IMG/VR virus record: IMGVR_UViG_3300042691_038938
Origin: a virus
Taxonomy: Duplodnaviria > Caudoviricetes
DNA: 64,000 bases
Strand: one strand, 5' to 3'
Shown piece after piece: positions 28,439-38,028 of this stretch. Each line of letters opens with the position of its first letter. Positions within the stretch are counted from its first letter, which is position 1. The notes beneath the pieces were generated by a model. The model was not told the DNA's origin. It did not search any database and was given only the letters and a program-made list of their open reading frames with translations. The position numbers were made by a program, and so were the translations under genes.

Positions 28439-29564
28439 TATCTTGACCAATTACAGTATACCTGAATTTGTTAGAGACCTCCTAAAAAAGAGGTTTCCTG
28501 GAGACAGGTTAAAACAGACTGTACACGACGCTGGAGATAAGCTTAACTTTGCATGCCCTTACTGTGGGGATTCCAAGACTGATTCCAAGAAGAAGAGAGG
28601 TAACCTCTATCCTGAGAGAGGATTCTATAAGTGTTACAACGACGGGTGTTCCATCAAGGTGGATACTGCAAAGTTCGTCTCAAAATACGCTCAGACGTAT
28701 GGATTAGAGATCCCAAGCGTCAAGGCTGTTGAACCGCAATGGGTACACAACACTTCCAAGAAGAAAAAAGGCTCCCTTATCGAGCTCCTAATAAATCGAA
28801 ACATCGGATCATCCCTATTAGAAATAGATTATCTGGTCTCTAGGTTTTCTTTAACTCCCTGCAAAGAGGCCGACTTTGGATCTAGAATAGGGCAGTTTGT
28901 GGAGAGTCGAGGACTTAAAGGAATACCCACATTTGATGACTGTTGCTACTTCGATTCAAGCCAGAACAAGGTGTATCTCTTTAACGTCGACCTAAAATCA
29001 AAGAAGATCTTGGGATTTGCTATTCGTCGATTAGACCAAGTGAGCGGTCCAAAGTACTTGATCAAGAACTATGCTGAACTAAAGAAAAACGGGCTAGTTC
29101 CTTCGCTAAACGATGAGGTGATAGGGGACATAGATTCTCTGAATAATTACTTTAACGTTTTTAACGTTGACTTCACCAAGCCAGTCTTTGTGACTGAGGG
29201 TCAGATTGATGCAATGTTTCTTCAAAACGCGATAGCCACGACTGGAGTCTCTAAGAGTAAGCTGCTTCTTGAGAACCTTCTCTCTAAGAACTCTGCCCTC
29301 ATCTTCTTCGATAGTGACCTTGCTGGAAAAAAGCAGTCGATTGAGCTCATTAAGAAAGGATATCGAGTCTTCCTATGGAGCAAGGTGATGAATGACTTAA
29401 AAATAAAGTACAAAGCCGATCGATTTGAAGTGTCTCTAATAAAAGACGTTAACGACTTGTTCCAATTCATTCATTCAAGAGAAGAAGGGTTCGGGTTTGA
29501 CGAATTTAACTCATTTGTTCTAGATTACTTTTCAGAATCGCCTCTAGATCTCATCTTGGTGTAG
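28431..29564 (+). CDS. gp61: T4-type DNA primase
   Basis: CPYCGDS...KRG...YKCYNDGC zinc finger; TOPRIM VTEGQIDAMFL, FFDSD. Confidence 0.9.
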   Translation: MFDILTNYSIPEFVRDLLKKRFPGDRLKQTVHDAGDKLNFACPYCGDSKTDSKKKRGNLYPERGFYKCYNDGCSIKVDTAKFVSKYAQTYGLEIPSVKAVEPQWVHNTSKKKKGSLIELLINRNIGSSLLEIDYLVSRFSLTPCKEADFGSRIGQFVESRGLKGIPTFDDCCYFDSSQNKVYLFNVDLKSKKILGFAIRRLDQVSGPKYLIKNYAELKKNGLVPSLNDEVIGDIDSLNNYFNVFNVDFTKPVFVTEGQIDAMFLQNAIATTGVSKSKLLLENLLSKNSALIFFDSDLAGKKQSIELIKKGYRVFLWSKVMNDLKIKYKADRFEVSLIKDVNDLFQFIHSREEGFGFDEFNSFVLDYFSESPLDLILV

Positions 29565-29590
29565 ATAAATAACAAAAAGATCAAAAATTC

Positions 29591-29896
29591 ATGAAAAGAA
29601 GAATTTTATCGCTTAGAGACTATCGTCTTTATGAGTCTATCGATGAAAACGTTGACTTAAACATTGATACTGCTATCCTAGATGAGCTAGTTGAACTCGT
29701 TGGATCAGAAGAGGACGTTGAAGAGGCTGCAAAAGCTGCTTTTGAGGACTTATCGGCTGCCGCTAAATCTAATCAAGTTGAAATGACGGAAGGCGACGTT
29801 CCTGAAAAGCTAGCGATGGCTGCATTACTAGTAAAACTTGTTGAAATGGGAAAACTCGATCCAACTAATGCTGATAAGCTCATGGAAAAAGTATAA
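29591..29896 (+). CDS. Hypothetical acidic protein, putative internal head protein
   Basis: MKRRILSLRDYRLYE; GATAAATA at 29564-29571. Confidence 0.7.
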   Translation: MKRRILSLRDYRLYESIDENVDLNIDTAILDELVELVGSEEDVEEAAKAAFEDLSAAAKSNQVEMTEGDVPEKLAMAALLVKLVEMGKLDPTNADKLMEKV

Positions 29897-29927
29897 TCCT
29901 TTACTTTTGTCATATAAAGGTTTGTCT

Positions 29928-29962
29928 AACCTCACTCGCTGCCACAAGAGTGAGGTTTTTTT
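29928..29962 (+). terminator. Rho-independent terminator
   Basis: AACCTCACTC / GAGTGAGGTT perfect 10-bp stem followed by a T run. Confidence 0.85.
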
Positions 29963-29967
29963 ATTTA

Positions 29968-29975
29968 GATAAATA
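29968..29975 (+). promoter_or_regulatory. Late-promoter-like motif GATAAATA
   Basis: 6 nt upstream of the gp4 ATG; variant of the T4 late promoter TATAAATA. Confidence 0.7.
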
Positions 29976-29981
29976 ATCTAT

Positions 29982-30482
29982 ATGAAAGAGAAGAGAGACA
30001 TACATGATTTCTTAAAACCACAAAGAGGAAAGGTCAAACAAGGATACTTTACTCCTCACAATCCTGAGAAATACAAGGGAGACGTGACCAAGATCATCTA
30101 TCGATCCAGTTGGGAACTTAAGTTTCTTCAGTATTGTGATAACAACGATCTAGTCGTTGAATATGCGTCTGAGCCAACTGGAATCGGGTATTGGAATCCT
30201 ATTCTTAAGAAGGAATCAACATACTGGGTAGACTGTTACATGGCTACTCGTTCACCCGAAGGAGTGATAACTAAGTGGATCATAGAGGTCAAACCCAATA
30301 AGTATCTCACTCCGCCTGAACCTCCAACTCGGCTTACTGAGAAAGCGACTCTTAATTATGCTCGTCATGCTAAGGCATACGTCATCAATGACGCTAAGTT
30401 CAAAGCAGCTAAAGTATACGCCAAGAAAAATAACATGCGTTTTGGGATCATAACAGAAAACTTTCTGTTCAACAAGGTGTAA
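29982..30482 (+). CDS. gp4: Head completion protein gp4-like (TnsA-like endonuclease fold)
   Basis: QGYFTPHNPEKYKGD..IIYRSSWELKF..CD, YASE, Y.VD, IEVKP, FGIITE. Confidence 0.92.
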   Translation: MKEKRDIHDFLKPQRGKVKQGYFTPHNPEKYKGDVTKIIYRSSWELKFLQYCDNNDLVVEYASEPTGIGYWNPILKKESTYWVDCYMATRSPEGVITKWIIEVKPNKYLTPPEPPTRLTEKATLNYARHAKAYVINDAKFKAAKVYAKKNNMRFGIITENFLFNKV

Positions 30483-30491
30483 AAGATAGTA

Positions 30492-31112
30492 TTGAAAAGA
30501 TTTAATCAAATAGAGAAGAATGATGGATCTATGACTTATGCAAGAGTCGCAGAAGAAGTGGGTATCTCTCAAAATCGGTTACGAATAATTCCAGGAAGGT
30601 TTTATGCACTAAAGACAATGGTGCCAACTCCGAACATCAATGAAGAATTCGTTAGACTTTGGACCAAGAAAAACTATTTGGACCTGAATCCAGTCGGACT
30701 TTTACTCTTTCATGAGAATTGGAAGGAGACCAACTTGATCTTGAATTTAAAGGTAATTCCGCCAGTTGCTCTTAACAAGATCCTTGAGACATATTGGGAG
30801 TTTTCTTTGGTGAATGGACTGGCTAACTTATTCAAGCCGGACGGATCTTTAATTCCTCTTGAAGAGAGAAGACTTATCGATCAACGATTCTATTTAATCA
30901 CTCCGACTACGTTAAGCAATGTATTAGGGATAGATAACTTAAATTACGCAATAAATAAATATGATATGGACTATGTCCTTGAGGCAAGGCTGATCGATTG
31001 GGATAACTATGGAAAGTTAGTCAATCCTCAGCTTTCACCGGAAGGACTCTATCCAGATCCAATAAATATAGCAAAAGTCTTTGAAGACTTTTTAGAAAAC
31101 TCAATAAAGTAA
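30492..31112 (+). CDS. gp2-like DNA end protector protein
   Basis: IPGRFY, P.GLLL, LNLKVIPP, YAINKY pattern resembles T4 gp2; next to gp4; TTG start. Confidence 0.55.
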   Translation: MKRFNQIEKNDGSMTYARVAEEVGISQNRLRIIPGRFYALKTMVPTPNINEEFVRLWTKKNYLDLNPVGLLLFHENWKETNLILNLKVIPPVALNKILETYWEFSLVNGLANLFKPDGSLIPLEERRLIDQRFYLITPTTLSNVLGIDNLNYAINKYDMDYVLEARLIDWDNYGKLVNPQLSPEGLYPDPINIAKVFEDFLENSIK

Positions 31113-31113
31113 G

Positions 31114-32832
31114 ATGGCAGGATTTTTAGACACAAATGGAAGAAGAGCAGGAAGCGCACTAGCCGGACTCAGTAAGTTCGGAACTCGACATGAGGATCTT
31201 CTTCTTAGAAACTCACAGGCAATAGGATTCATTGAGAGTCAGCTCCAGGCCAGATCAAACAAGATGAGTGCAAACGACGAACTCTTAAAGTTTTCAATGG
31301 CTATTTCTGATACGACATCTCAGCTTCGAACCAAGGCGATCGCCTTCTTTCAACTGGATTATGTTGTGAAGAGGGAACGACTTAGAGACGTCGCAGCAAA
31401 CGGCGAGATCGAATTCATTCTTGAGACTATTGTGGATGACATGATCGTGTACGATGATGAGGGCCGATTCATATATCCTAAGGACTTGACAGGCAAGATG
31501 CTTTATCGAGGAAACACTAAGGAAGAACGTTTAAACTTTCAGGAAGGAGTACTTAATAAGTATAGAGACAATTTTGAGAAGATCTCAACTGCTTGGGGAT
31601 TTAGTGAAGGAATATCTGCATGGCAGTATGCCTTTCAATTCCTAGTCGAAGGACACCTTTCTTTTGAGATCATCTACGACGATTTAGACAAACCTAAAGA
31701 AGTCATAGGATTCAAAGAATTGGATCCTGCCAGCATTGCTCCACAGTTACAGAAGGATACTAATGGTAAAGTATTTCTTCAGTGGTTACAATACGACCCA
31801 GCTTCAGGTTCTACTCGAGTCCTAAACGATTCACAGGTGATCTATATCTCTTATGCAAACCACTTTAGGACCAAGAGAGTCTCCTTTGTTGAGCGACTGA
31901 TCAGATCATTCAATCTATTAAGAATCATCGAGCACAGTAAAGTTATTTGGCACGTGATGAATGCGCCGATTCGCTTGACAACATCAGTTCCTATCGGAAG
32001 TAAGAGCTTTCAAAAGGGCCAAGAAGACGTTCGCGAGTTCCTAAACATGTTTAAGGAAGACATTTACTTTAATGGTGACACTGGAGAGCTTCAAGTTGAC
32101 GGTAAACCTAATATTCTATTCTATAAGAACTACATCACACCAGTCAACGATCAGCAGCAACAGGTAAAGATCGATGTTCTTCAGACTCCTGGACCAAACC
32201 TTTCCGGTTCAGAACTTCTTAATTACTTTTATAAGAAATTAAAGATGGACTCCAAGATACCTTACTCTCGTTGGGAAGGTCAGTCAGGTATGGGTGCATT
32301 TACTCTTAATGCTGAGGGTATTACTAGGGAGGAAGTTAGATATCAAAAATTCGTGAATCGATTAAGATCAGCTTTCTCTGAGCTCATGATCAAGCCATGG
32401 TACTTACAGATGTGTTTAGATTTTCCTGAGCTAGCGGATGACTATAAGTTCAACAATGCGATAGGCATAACCTACAATAACGATAACGTCTTTGAAGAGA
32501 TGAAGAAGAACGATATTGAGGCTAAGCGAATCGCATCGTTTACATCTAAGAAAGGAATCTTGAAGGACGACGGTACGCCATTCTTCTCCACTCAATACTT
32601 GATTAGAGAAGAATTAAAGATGACTGAACCTGAGATTGAAGCTAATCAAAAATGGTTTGACCAAGAGATTAAGGAAGAGGCTGAAGCAGCAGCAGCCGCT
32701 CCACCTGCAGGAGGAGCTCCTCCACCAGCCGGAGGAGGAGGTGCAGCAGCCGCAGCAGGCGGAGCCGCTGCTGAAGGCGGAGGTTCTGAAGTAGTTGAGG
32801 GAGGCGAATCAAAAGGAGCAGGCCAACTTTAA
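31114..32832 (+). CDS. gp20: T4-type portal vertex protein
   Basis: EIEFILETIVDDMIV, EGHLSFEI, IGFKELDP, RSFNLLRIIEHS..IWHVMNAP, YFYKKL...KIPYSR, ITREEVRYQKFVNRLR. Confidence 0.93.
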   Translation: MAGFLDTNGRRAGSALAGLSKFGTRHEDLLLRNSQAIGFIESQLQARSNKMSANDELLKFSMAISDTTSQLRTKAIAFFQLDYVVKRERLRDVAANGEIEFILETIVDDMIVYDDEGRFIYPKDLTGKMLYRGNTKEERLNFQEGVLNKYRDNFEKISTAWGFSEGISAWQYAFQFLVEGHLSFEIIYDDLDKPKEVIGFKELDPASIAPQLQKDTNGKVFLQWLQYDPASGSTRVLNDSQVIYISYANHFRTKRVSFVERLIRSFNLLRIIEHSKVIWHVMNAPIRLTTSVPIGSKSFQKGQEDVREFLNMFKEDIYFNGDTGELQVDGKPNILFYKNYITPVNDQQQQVKIDVLQTPGPNLSGSELLNYFYKKLKMDSKIPYSRWEGQSGMGAFTLNAEGITREEVRYQKFVNRLRSAFSELMIKPWYLQMCLDFPELADDYKFNNAIGITYNNDNVFEEMKKNDIEAKRIASFTSKKGILKDDGTPFFSTQYLIREELKMTEPEIEANQKWFDQEIKEEAEAAAAAPPAGGAPPPAGGGGAAAAAGGAAAEGGGSEVVEGGESKGAGQL

Positions 32833-32880
32833 TAGTATCCAATAAAATAGTATAATAACTTAGAACAAAAAATCTAAGTT

Positions 32881-33267
32881 ATGAAAGAACAAGTCACAGT
32901 ACTAGTAAACTCTCTGCTTGATCTACCTAAGGAGATCATGACCCTTCAACTTTCAGCTTTGTCGCTGAATGAGAACATTCAAAAGCTATCTGAAGATATT
33001 ACCGTTCGTGAGAATGAGATCAAGTCTGAGATCAATGCCGCAACCGATGACTCAGGTAAGAAGATGTATTCTAATGAAGAGTCTAGAAAGATCGCTTTCT
33101 TGAATGATTCCAAGAGTGATTCTACTCTGGCTTCTCTTTATTCTTCTAAGAAAGAATCAGATTCTTCTTTACAGTCAATAAGAGTTGAGATTGAGATGAA
33201 GTCTAACGTCCAACGAAACATACGATCCATTCTAGGAGTCATGTCAGGCATTTCAATTGAGGGTTAG
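32881..33267 (+). CDS. Hypothetical coiled-coil protein
   Basis: 128-aa ORF behind TATAAT (32851-32856). Confidence 0.65.
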   Translation: MKEQVTVLVNSLLDLPKEIMTLQLSALSLNENIQKLSEDITVRENEIKSEINAATDDSGKKMYSNEESRKIAFLNDSKSDSTLASLYSSKKESDSSLQSIRVEIEMKSNVQRNIRSILGVMSGISIEG

Positions 33268-33641
33268 TCGTAAAATATCGCGATAGAATTCTTGACTTCA
33301 GGGACGTCTATTAATAAAACAAGGATGTCTCTATTGGAAGTCTGATCAGCATAGATCGAGGGTTTCACCTCGATCTTTCTTTTTCTAGTCTCTCCAACAT
33401 ATCTATTGATCTGATCAGCTGCCTCTCTTGCCACGGCAAACGGATCGATTGAAAACTCAAAGAGATAATTGTTAAGGCTTACTCCAAAGTCAGGATCGCC
33501 AAGCACTTCTCCCTTGTTTGTGAATAGAGTCATTCGTATTCCTTGAATAGTTGCTTCAAGGTCGTCTGCGATTTCCACCTGATTAGCCCGATATTTGGGA
33601 TCATCCGGTGTTCTCATGTAAAAGTCTCTTAAGCTCGCCAT
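33264..33641 (-). CDS. gp25: Baseplate wedge gp25-like protein
   Basis: IRMTLFTNKGEVLGDPDFGVSL..YLFE. Confidence 0.85.
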   Translation of the reverse strand: MASLRDFYMRTPDDPKYRANQVEIADDLEATIQGIRMTLFTNKGEVLGDPDFGVSLNNYLFEFSIDPFAVAREAADQINRYVGETRKRKIEVKPSIYADQTSNRDILVLLIDVPEVKNSIAIFYD

Positions 33642-33642
33642 C

Positions 33643-34377
33643 TTACTGTCTTGTTAAATACATCCAGTCGGCAGTGTTTTCACCCTTCATCATGGTGTTG
33701 ACTGCTTCCATTTCTTTTTCTGCGGTTGTGACTATATTCTGATAATTCACAGTCACTCCTCCAGGAAGAGTATAATTAAAGGTCTGAAGCATGTGAGCAA
33801 GCCTCACTTTTGCGTGTGCTCTAACGTATCGTTGGAACATCTCATCCTCAAAAAGCTTGTCCTGTTCAAGTTTCTTGAAAACTCGAAGAACTGCATTTGT
33901 TTTAGGAGTTCTTCCGATCACTCCCAATAGTTTAGTGTTCTTGTTATAATCGTATGCAATCGTGTCTAGCATCATAGCTTTAGTCAAGTCTAGGAAAGAG
34001 AACATTACCGTTCTGTACATGATGCTCTCTCCAATAAAAGGAGTCAAGAATATCTCAGAACCTATGAATTTCTGTTCAGCAAAGTCACGGTCGATCGTTG
34101 CAAAGATAGATCCTCCTTTTGCTTCCTTAAAGTCAACTACGAACTGTACACAGTCAGGAAGTTGAATCTGTCGTAGCTTCTTAAAGGTCGCATTATTAAA
34201 GAGGTCAAGAGGTAACATTAAGTATCTGCTCTCAACTGCATGTCTCCAGTTATCCCAAAAGAATCTAGAATCATTTAGAATGATACGTTTAATCTCCTTT
34301 TCAGGAAGACCGTATGGTAATGCTCCTGAGAAAGTGATCTCATCATTTATGTCCTGTATGAGCTGGGCTTCCGTCAT
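33643..34377 (-). CDS. gp13: Neck/adaptor protein gp13-like
   Basis: C-terminal FQRYVRAHAK...KF-like QTFNYTLPGGVTVNYQ signature. Confidence 0.8.
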   Translation of the reverse strand: MTEAQLIQDINDEITFSGALPYGLPEKEIKRIILNDSRFFWDNWRHAVESRYLMLPLDLFNNATFKKLRQIQLPDCVQFVVDFKEAKGGSIFATIDRDFAEQKFIGSEIFLTPFIGESIMYRTVMFSFLDLTKAMMLDTIAYDYNKNTKLLGVIGRTPKTNAVLRVFKKLEQDKLFEDEMFQRYVRAHAKVRLAHMLQTFNYTLPGGVTVNYQNIVTTAEKEMEAVNTMMKGENTADWMYLTRQ

Positions 34378-34382
34378 TCTTA

Positions 34383-34826
34383 TTATTGATTTTTACCTGT
34401 TCCGCTTCCCTTCTCGTCGCTAAATCTAACGCTAGACTTATCGATTGAGAGGTTGAAGTCTTTGTCTCCCATTGAGCGACCTAACGCTCTTAGGTTTTTC
34501 TTAGCGACGACATTATCCTGCTTAGCTGCACGACCAGTAGAATTCCTCATCACTTGATCTATGGCCTGTTGCTTGATATTTTTCTTCCAATCGCTATGAA
34601 AGATCATGTTCATCGCTCTAGTGATATCGACTTCCTGTATGTCGCCGTTATATCGATTTGGATTTCTTGCAGCCTTTTCATTCGCGAGCTCTCTGGCTAT
34701 AGCCATAATCTGAGAATAAAGTCCAGCCAACGCGCCTTGTACCATGCCCTTAAAATTAGTAGGGTACACCACCTCCTTAGTAGCTTCATTGATGAATTGA
34801 TTATATGACTTTATCTTTCTCTCCAT
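34383..34826 (-). CDS. Hypothetical protein, putative internal head protein
   Basis: MERKIKSYNQFINE. Confidence 0.7.
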   Translation of the reverse strand: MERKIKSYNQFINEATKEVVYPTNFKGMVQGALAGLYSQIMAIARELANEKAARNPNRYNGDIQEVDITRAMNMIFHSDWKKNIKQQAIDQVMRNSTGRAAKQDNVVAKKNLRALGRSMGDKDFNLSIDKSSVRFSDEKGSGTGKNQ

Positions 34827-35140
34827 TATGCGGTCGGCGTAGCAGGTTGAGGAACTGCTTCTGCTGCTTTTTGTGCGGCTGCTTGAGCAGCTTGAGTTGC
34901 AGCTTGCTTCTTCTTTTGTTCTTCAGCTAATACTTTTTTGCGATTCTCAATATCCCTTTCCCAAGTGTTTATTTGGTTCTTATACTGCTGAATCTTTGTG
35001 CTAAGGTCAATCAACGTAGGGTCAGTAAGAGCAGCGTCTTCCTCCTTTACCATTTGAGGATTCGCACCAGCTTCTACTTCCTTAGCTGCCTTGTCTGCCG
35101 CGTTTTGAAAACTCTTAAAGCTCTTTATGTATGATGACAT
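34826..35140 (-). CDS. Hypothetical protein, putative internal head protein
   Basis: MSSYIKSFKSF; Ala/Gln-rich tail. Confidence 0.65.
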   Translation of the reverse strand: MSSYIKSFKSFQNAADKAAKEVEAGANPQMVKEEDAALTDPTLIDLSTKIQQYKNQINTWERDIENRKKVLAEEQKKKQAATQAAQAAAQKAAEAVPQPATPTA

Positions 35141-35155
35141 CGGTATGCTTTATTT

Positions 35156-35425
35156 TTATTTATTCTGGTGTCTTCTGGTCGCATCAATAAATTCTTTATA
35201 TGACATGACCTTATTCTTTGAAGATCCCTTTGGGTTTGCTCCAAACGCACTAGTTAATCTTCCTCCAGATAAGAATGGAGAGTTGTTCCAGTGTGCTGGT
35301 ACCTTGCCCGACGCTCCTTGATAAAACATCAATGAGTTTGCTCGCTGAATGTCTGGTCTTGTGATTAGATCCAATGGATCCGTTTCCATGGTGTTTGCAC
35401 CAAATCCTTCAGTGAGTCTCTTCAT
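35156..35425 (-). CDS. Hypothetical protein
   Basis: MKRLTE start; C-terminal KVMSYKEFID motif. Confidence 0.65.
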   Translation of the reverse strand: MKRLTEGFGANTMETDPLDLITRPDIQRANSLMFYQGASGKVPAHWNNSPFLSGGRLTSAFGANPKGSSKNKVMSYKEFIDATRRHQNK

Positions 35426-35428
35426 GTT

Positions 35429-35884
35429 TTATGCTGGAAAGTTAAGATCACTTGCAGGCTGGTCTAGAGAAAAATCAGCAGGTTGCGGTTCTACTTGCTT
35501 AGAGAAAGTAATATCCGTGTTATCGTCGATTGTAGGCTCCTCTGCACCAGTAGTCATGGCCAAGATCTCTTCCTTGTTCTCCTCTACGAATTTCTCAAGT
35601 CCCATGCAAACTAATGGATCGATCTTTTTACATCTTTCCATAAGCTCCTTAACTGTAAGATTCATCACATCAGCCTCAGGCAAAGCCGGCTGAGAATCAG
35701 AAAAATTTGGCATCTCTTCCATTGAAGTAGCAGCAGGCTGTGGAACTTCCATTGGTATGTCCATTCCGCTTTGTGGTTGGATTGGAGCAGGCGCTGGCAT
35801 TCCTTGTGCAGGCTGCATTTGCTGTGTTGGCATTTGCTGAACGTCATCTGCCTCGTAAAGTCTTTTTATTGAATTGTACCTCAT
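35429..35884 (-). CDS. Hypothetical Pro/Gln-rich protein
   Basis: MRYNSIKRLYE; AATAAATA at 35912-35919. Confidence 0.65.
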   Translation of the reverse strand: MRYNSIKRLYEADDVQQMPTQQMQPAQGMPAPAPIQPQSGMDIPMEVPQPAATSMEEMPNFSDSQPALPEADVMNLTVKELMERCKKIDPLVCMGLEKFVEENKEEILAMTTGAEEPTIDDNTDITFSKQVEPQPADFSLDQPASDLNFPA

Positions 35885-35955
35885 GATGTAACAAACATTA
35901 TTTTATATCTTTATTTATTCAAAAACCAGTAGATTGTTTTGAGATATAATCAATC

Positions 35956-36195
35956 ATGAAGGAAAAAGAGATAGCAGCAGCGTCTGCTGCACTTATAGAA
36001 GAATTAAAAGGACAAATATTGAAGAAGATCGAGTTAGTTAGATCTAATATAGTCGAAGGCCAAGGCTCCAATAGTGAATCATACATTCAGATGTTAATGA
36101 TGATCGATGAGGATCTTGATGACGTTCTCTTGAATTGGGAATACGATTCGATCAGTGCAAGGAGAATCGGATCATTTTTTGATGAAGAAGACTAA
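35956..36195 (+). CDS. Hypothetical acidic protein
   Basis: 79-aa ORF; TATAAT 5 nt upstream of the ATG. Confidence 0.65.
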   Translation: MKEKEIAAASAALIEELKGQILKKIELVRSNIVEGQGSNSESYIQMLMMIDEDLDDVLLNWEYDSISARRIGSFFDEED

Positions 36196-36204
36196 CAGCA
36201 AAGT

Positions 36205-36678
36205 TTATCTTTTCCCATTCAAGTCAACCATGTACTTACCCTTAGTGATTGCATTCTTACCTATGATACATGGAAATTTCATATTGCCTCTATCCGTAAG
36301 AGACACCTGAACCCTAATCTCGTCATTCCCTATCTTAAGCATAGTCCTAATTCGGTAGCGGTCCTCAGACTTGCCTGAAGAATTCTTGACCTTTACTTTA
36401 TCAAATTTTGAGAATTCTAGACGATTAGATGGAGATTTTATCCAAAATGAAAGAACCCCATTTTTAACTTTAATGTCGTTTGCGTCGATTGAAGTTCCAT
36501 CTGCTCCAGTATCAATCTTAGCTTTAATGCTAGACACTTTAAGCTCAGGAAAAGATACTTTTTCAGTGGACCCTAATGATCTTCGAGGATTTGAACCATA
36601 GTAATCCCAAGCTCCTGGGTTCTGATGGATCTCTGATGAAGTTATGAACTCCTTAAAACTCTCTACTAGCCTTTTCAT
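36205..36678 (-). CDS. RimK/LysX-associated retropepsin-like aspartic protease
   Basis: KAKIDTGADGTSIDA, VKNSSG..EDR, LTDRGNMKFPCIIG. Confidence 0.88.
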   Translation of the reverse strand: MKRLVESFKEFITSSEIHQNPGAWDYYGSNPRRSLGSTEKVSFPELKVSSIKAKIDTGADGTSIDANDIKVKNGVLSFWIKSPSNRLEFSKFDKVKVKNSSGKSEDRYRIRTMLKIGNDEIRVQVSLTDRGNMKFPCIIGKNAITKGKYMVDLNGKR

Positions 36679-37286
36679 TTGCCTAGGTGATTCATTAAAG
36701 CTCCGCCTATGATGTTTGCATGAATCCTAAGATGAGCACAATCCTCTGAATCAAGCTTAGTCTTCTTTCTAGTATAATCTATTCCCATTATTCCTATGAA
36801 CTTATCATCAATGTTCTTGATAGAGAATAGGTACCCTGACCTACAACCAGATTCTTCAGCAACATACTTTAGTCCATAAGTAGCAATACTTTCATCTTTG
36901 AAATCAGGTATCTCAATCGCATCCCTATCTAATAACTGATTTATTGACCGACTAAATAGGTTTACTGGTATGTTTTGAAAGCTAGTTTGAATAGAATTTG
37001 CACCGCTTCCAACAGTCTCATATAGCATGCTAAACTTAGCAATAGACTTTCCAGTGGGATAGAAATGTCCTCCATTATGAAACTGGATGATCCACACACG
37101 GTCAGCTTTAAAATCTTCCCGGATTGCCTCTATCTTATTCGTTATCTGTTCGCCGACTTTTAGTGCATCAAGCACAATATCTGGTTTCGGCTTAGAATTG
37201 TCCAGTTTATTCTTTATGTAGATGACAAGAACTGGTCCTATCACACCTGTTATGAATGCTATTATTATAGGTATCATCTCCTTCAC
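36675..37286 (-). CDS. Single-TM protein with C-terminal GAF-like domain (T4 holin T-like)
   Basis: N-terminal TM (IPIIIAFITGVIGPVLVIYI); ADRVWIIQFHNGG...KFSMLYE...FIGIMGIDY GAF pattern. Confidence 0.55.
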   Translation of the reverse strand: MKEMIPIIIAFITGVIGPVLVIYIKNKLDNSKPKPDIVLDALKVGEQITNKIEAIREDFKADRVWIIQFHNGGHFYPTGKSIAKFSMLYETVGSGANSIQTSFQNIPVNLFSRSINQLLDRDAIEIPDFKDESIATYGLKYVAEESGCRSGYLFSIKNIDDKFIGIMGIDYTRKKTKLDSEDCAHLRIHANIIGGALMNHLGK

Positions 37287-37300
37287 TAAGTACTCTTTAA

Positions 37301-37966
37301 TTACATGTTACAGCCACAACTATAACCGTACTCGTCTCCCATTGCTCCGCAATTAGAGCAGAATTGCTCTTCTTCTTCAGAATAATAGTCCTCTTCTGGA
37401 TACATTCCATATTCATCCTCATCCTCTGGATACATTCCATATTCATCCTCATCTGGGTTTGCGCCATACCCGAAATAGTCATCAGGATTAGCTCCATAGT
37501 CTTCACCACTATCTTCGTCTTCTCCATAATAACCATCATATGATTCATTAAGGAATCTAGAAAAACTCTTTACTAGTCTAAAGCTTTCTTCGACTTTTTC
37601 TTCTTCAGTCTCGTCTTCTTCAGTCTCGTCTCCTTCAGGATTTCCAGAGTCATCATCATCCTCTTCAACTTCTTCAGCGTCATCTTCAAAGTCGTCTTCT
37701 TCCTCTTCTTCTGGAGGATTCATTCCTGGTCTTTCTCCTTGAGAGAATGCAGGAACGCTTCCTTCTCCTGGACCAGCCGGTGTTGCTTCATAATTACCAG
37801 AAACAGGTCGTTTTGGCCCTAATTCAGGTTGATCGTATGTTGTATCATCAAATCCCTCTTCAAAGTTTGAGGAAGCACTTGTCATGTTATCCACTCCCAA
37901 TGGATCGCTATTTCCTGTTGAATATTTGTCAGAAAATTCGAAAAAGTTTAAAACTCTACCCGACAT
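37301..37966 (-). CDS. Highly acidic low-complexity protein, putative processed internal head protein
   Basis: Asp/Glu runs, internal VKSFSRFLNE, C-terminal CxxC...CGC. Confidence 0.7.
   Translation of the reverse strand: MSGRVLNFFEFSDKYSTGNSDPLGVDNMTSASSNFEEGFDDTTYDQPELGPKRPVSGNYEATPAGPGEGSVPAFSQGERPGMNPPEEEEEDDFEDDAEEVEEDDDDSGNPEGDETEEDETEEEKVEESFRLVKSFSRFLNESYDGYYGEDEDSGEDYGANPDDYFGYGANPDEDEYGMYPEDEDEYGMYPEEDYYSEEEEQFCSNCGAMGDEYGYSCGCNM
37395..37453. repeat. 30-bp tandem duplication inside a CDS
   Basis: TCTGGATACATTCCATATTCATCCTCATC(C) x2, encoding DEDEYGMYPE-type repeats. Confidence 0.9.
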
Positions 37967-38028
37967 TGTGTATAATTATTTTAGTTATTTATCTCTAACT
38001 TTTAGAGACTTTAAAAAAATCAAGTTAA

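Noticed and set aside
29982-30482. TnsA transposase or Tn7-like element
   Set aside because: Motifs and position next to gp2-like and portal genes fit T4 gp4; no tnsB/C or terminal repeats.
32690-32830. GC-rich low-complexity stretch as a foreign insert
   Set aside because: It is the in-frame Ala/Gly/Pro tail of the portal protein.
37395-37453. CRISPR array or DGR-type repeat
   Set aside because: Only two adjacent in-frame 30-bp copies without spacers, inside a low-complexity CDS; no cas or reverse transcriptase gene.
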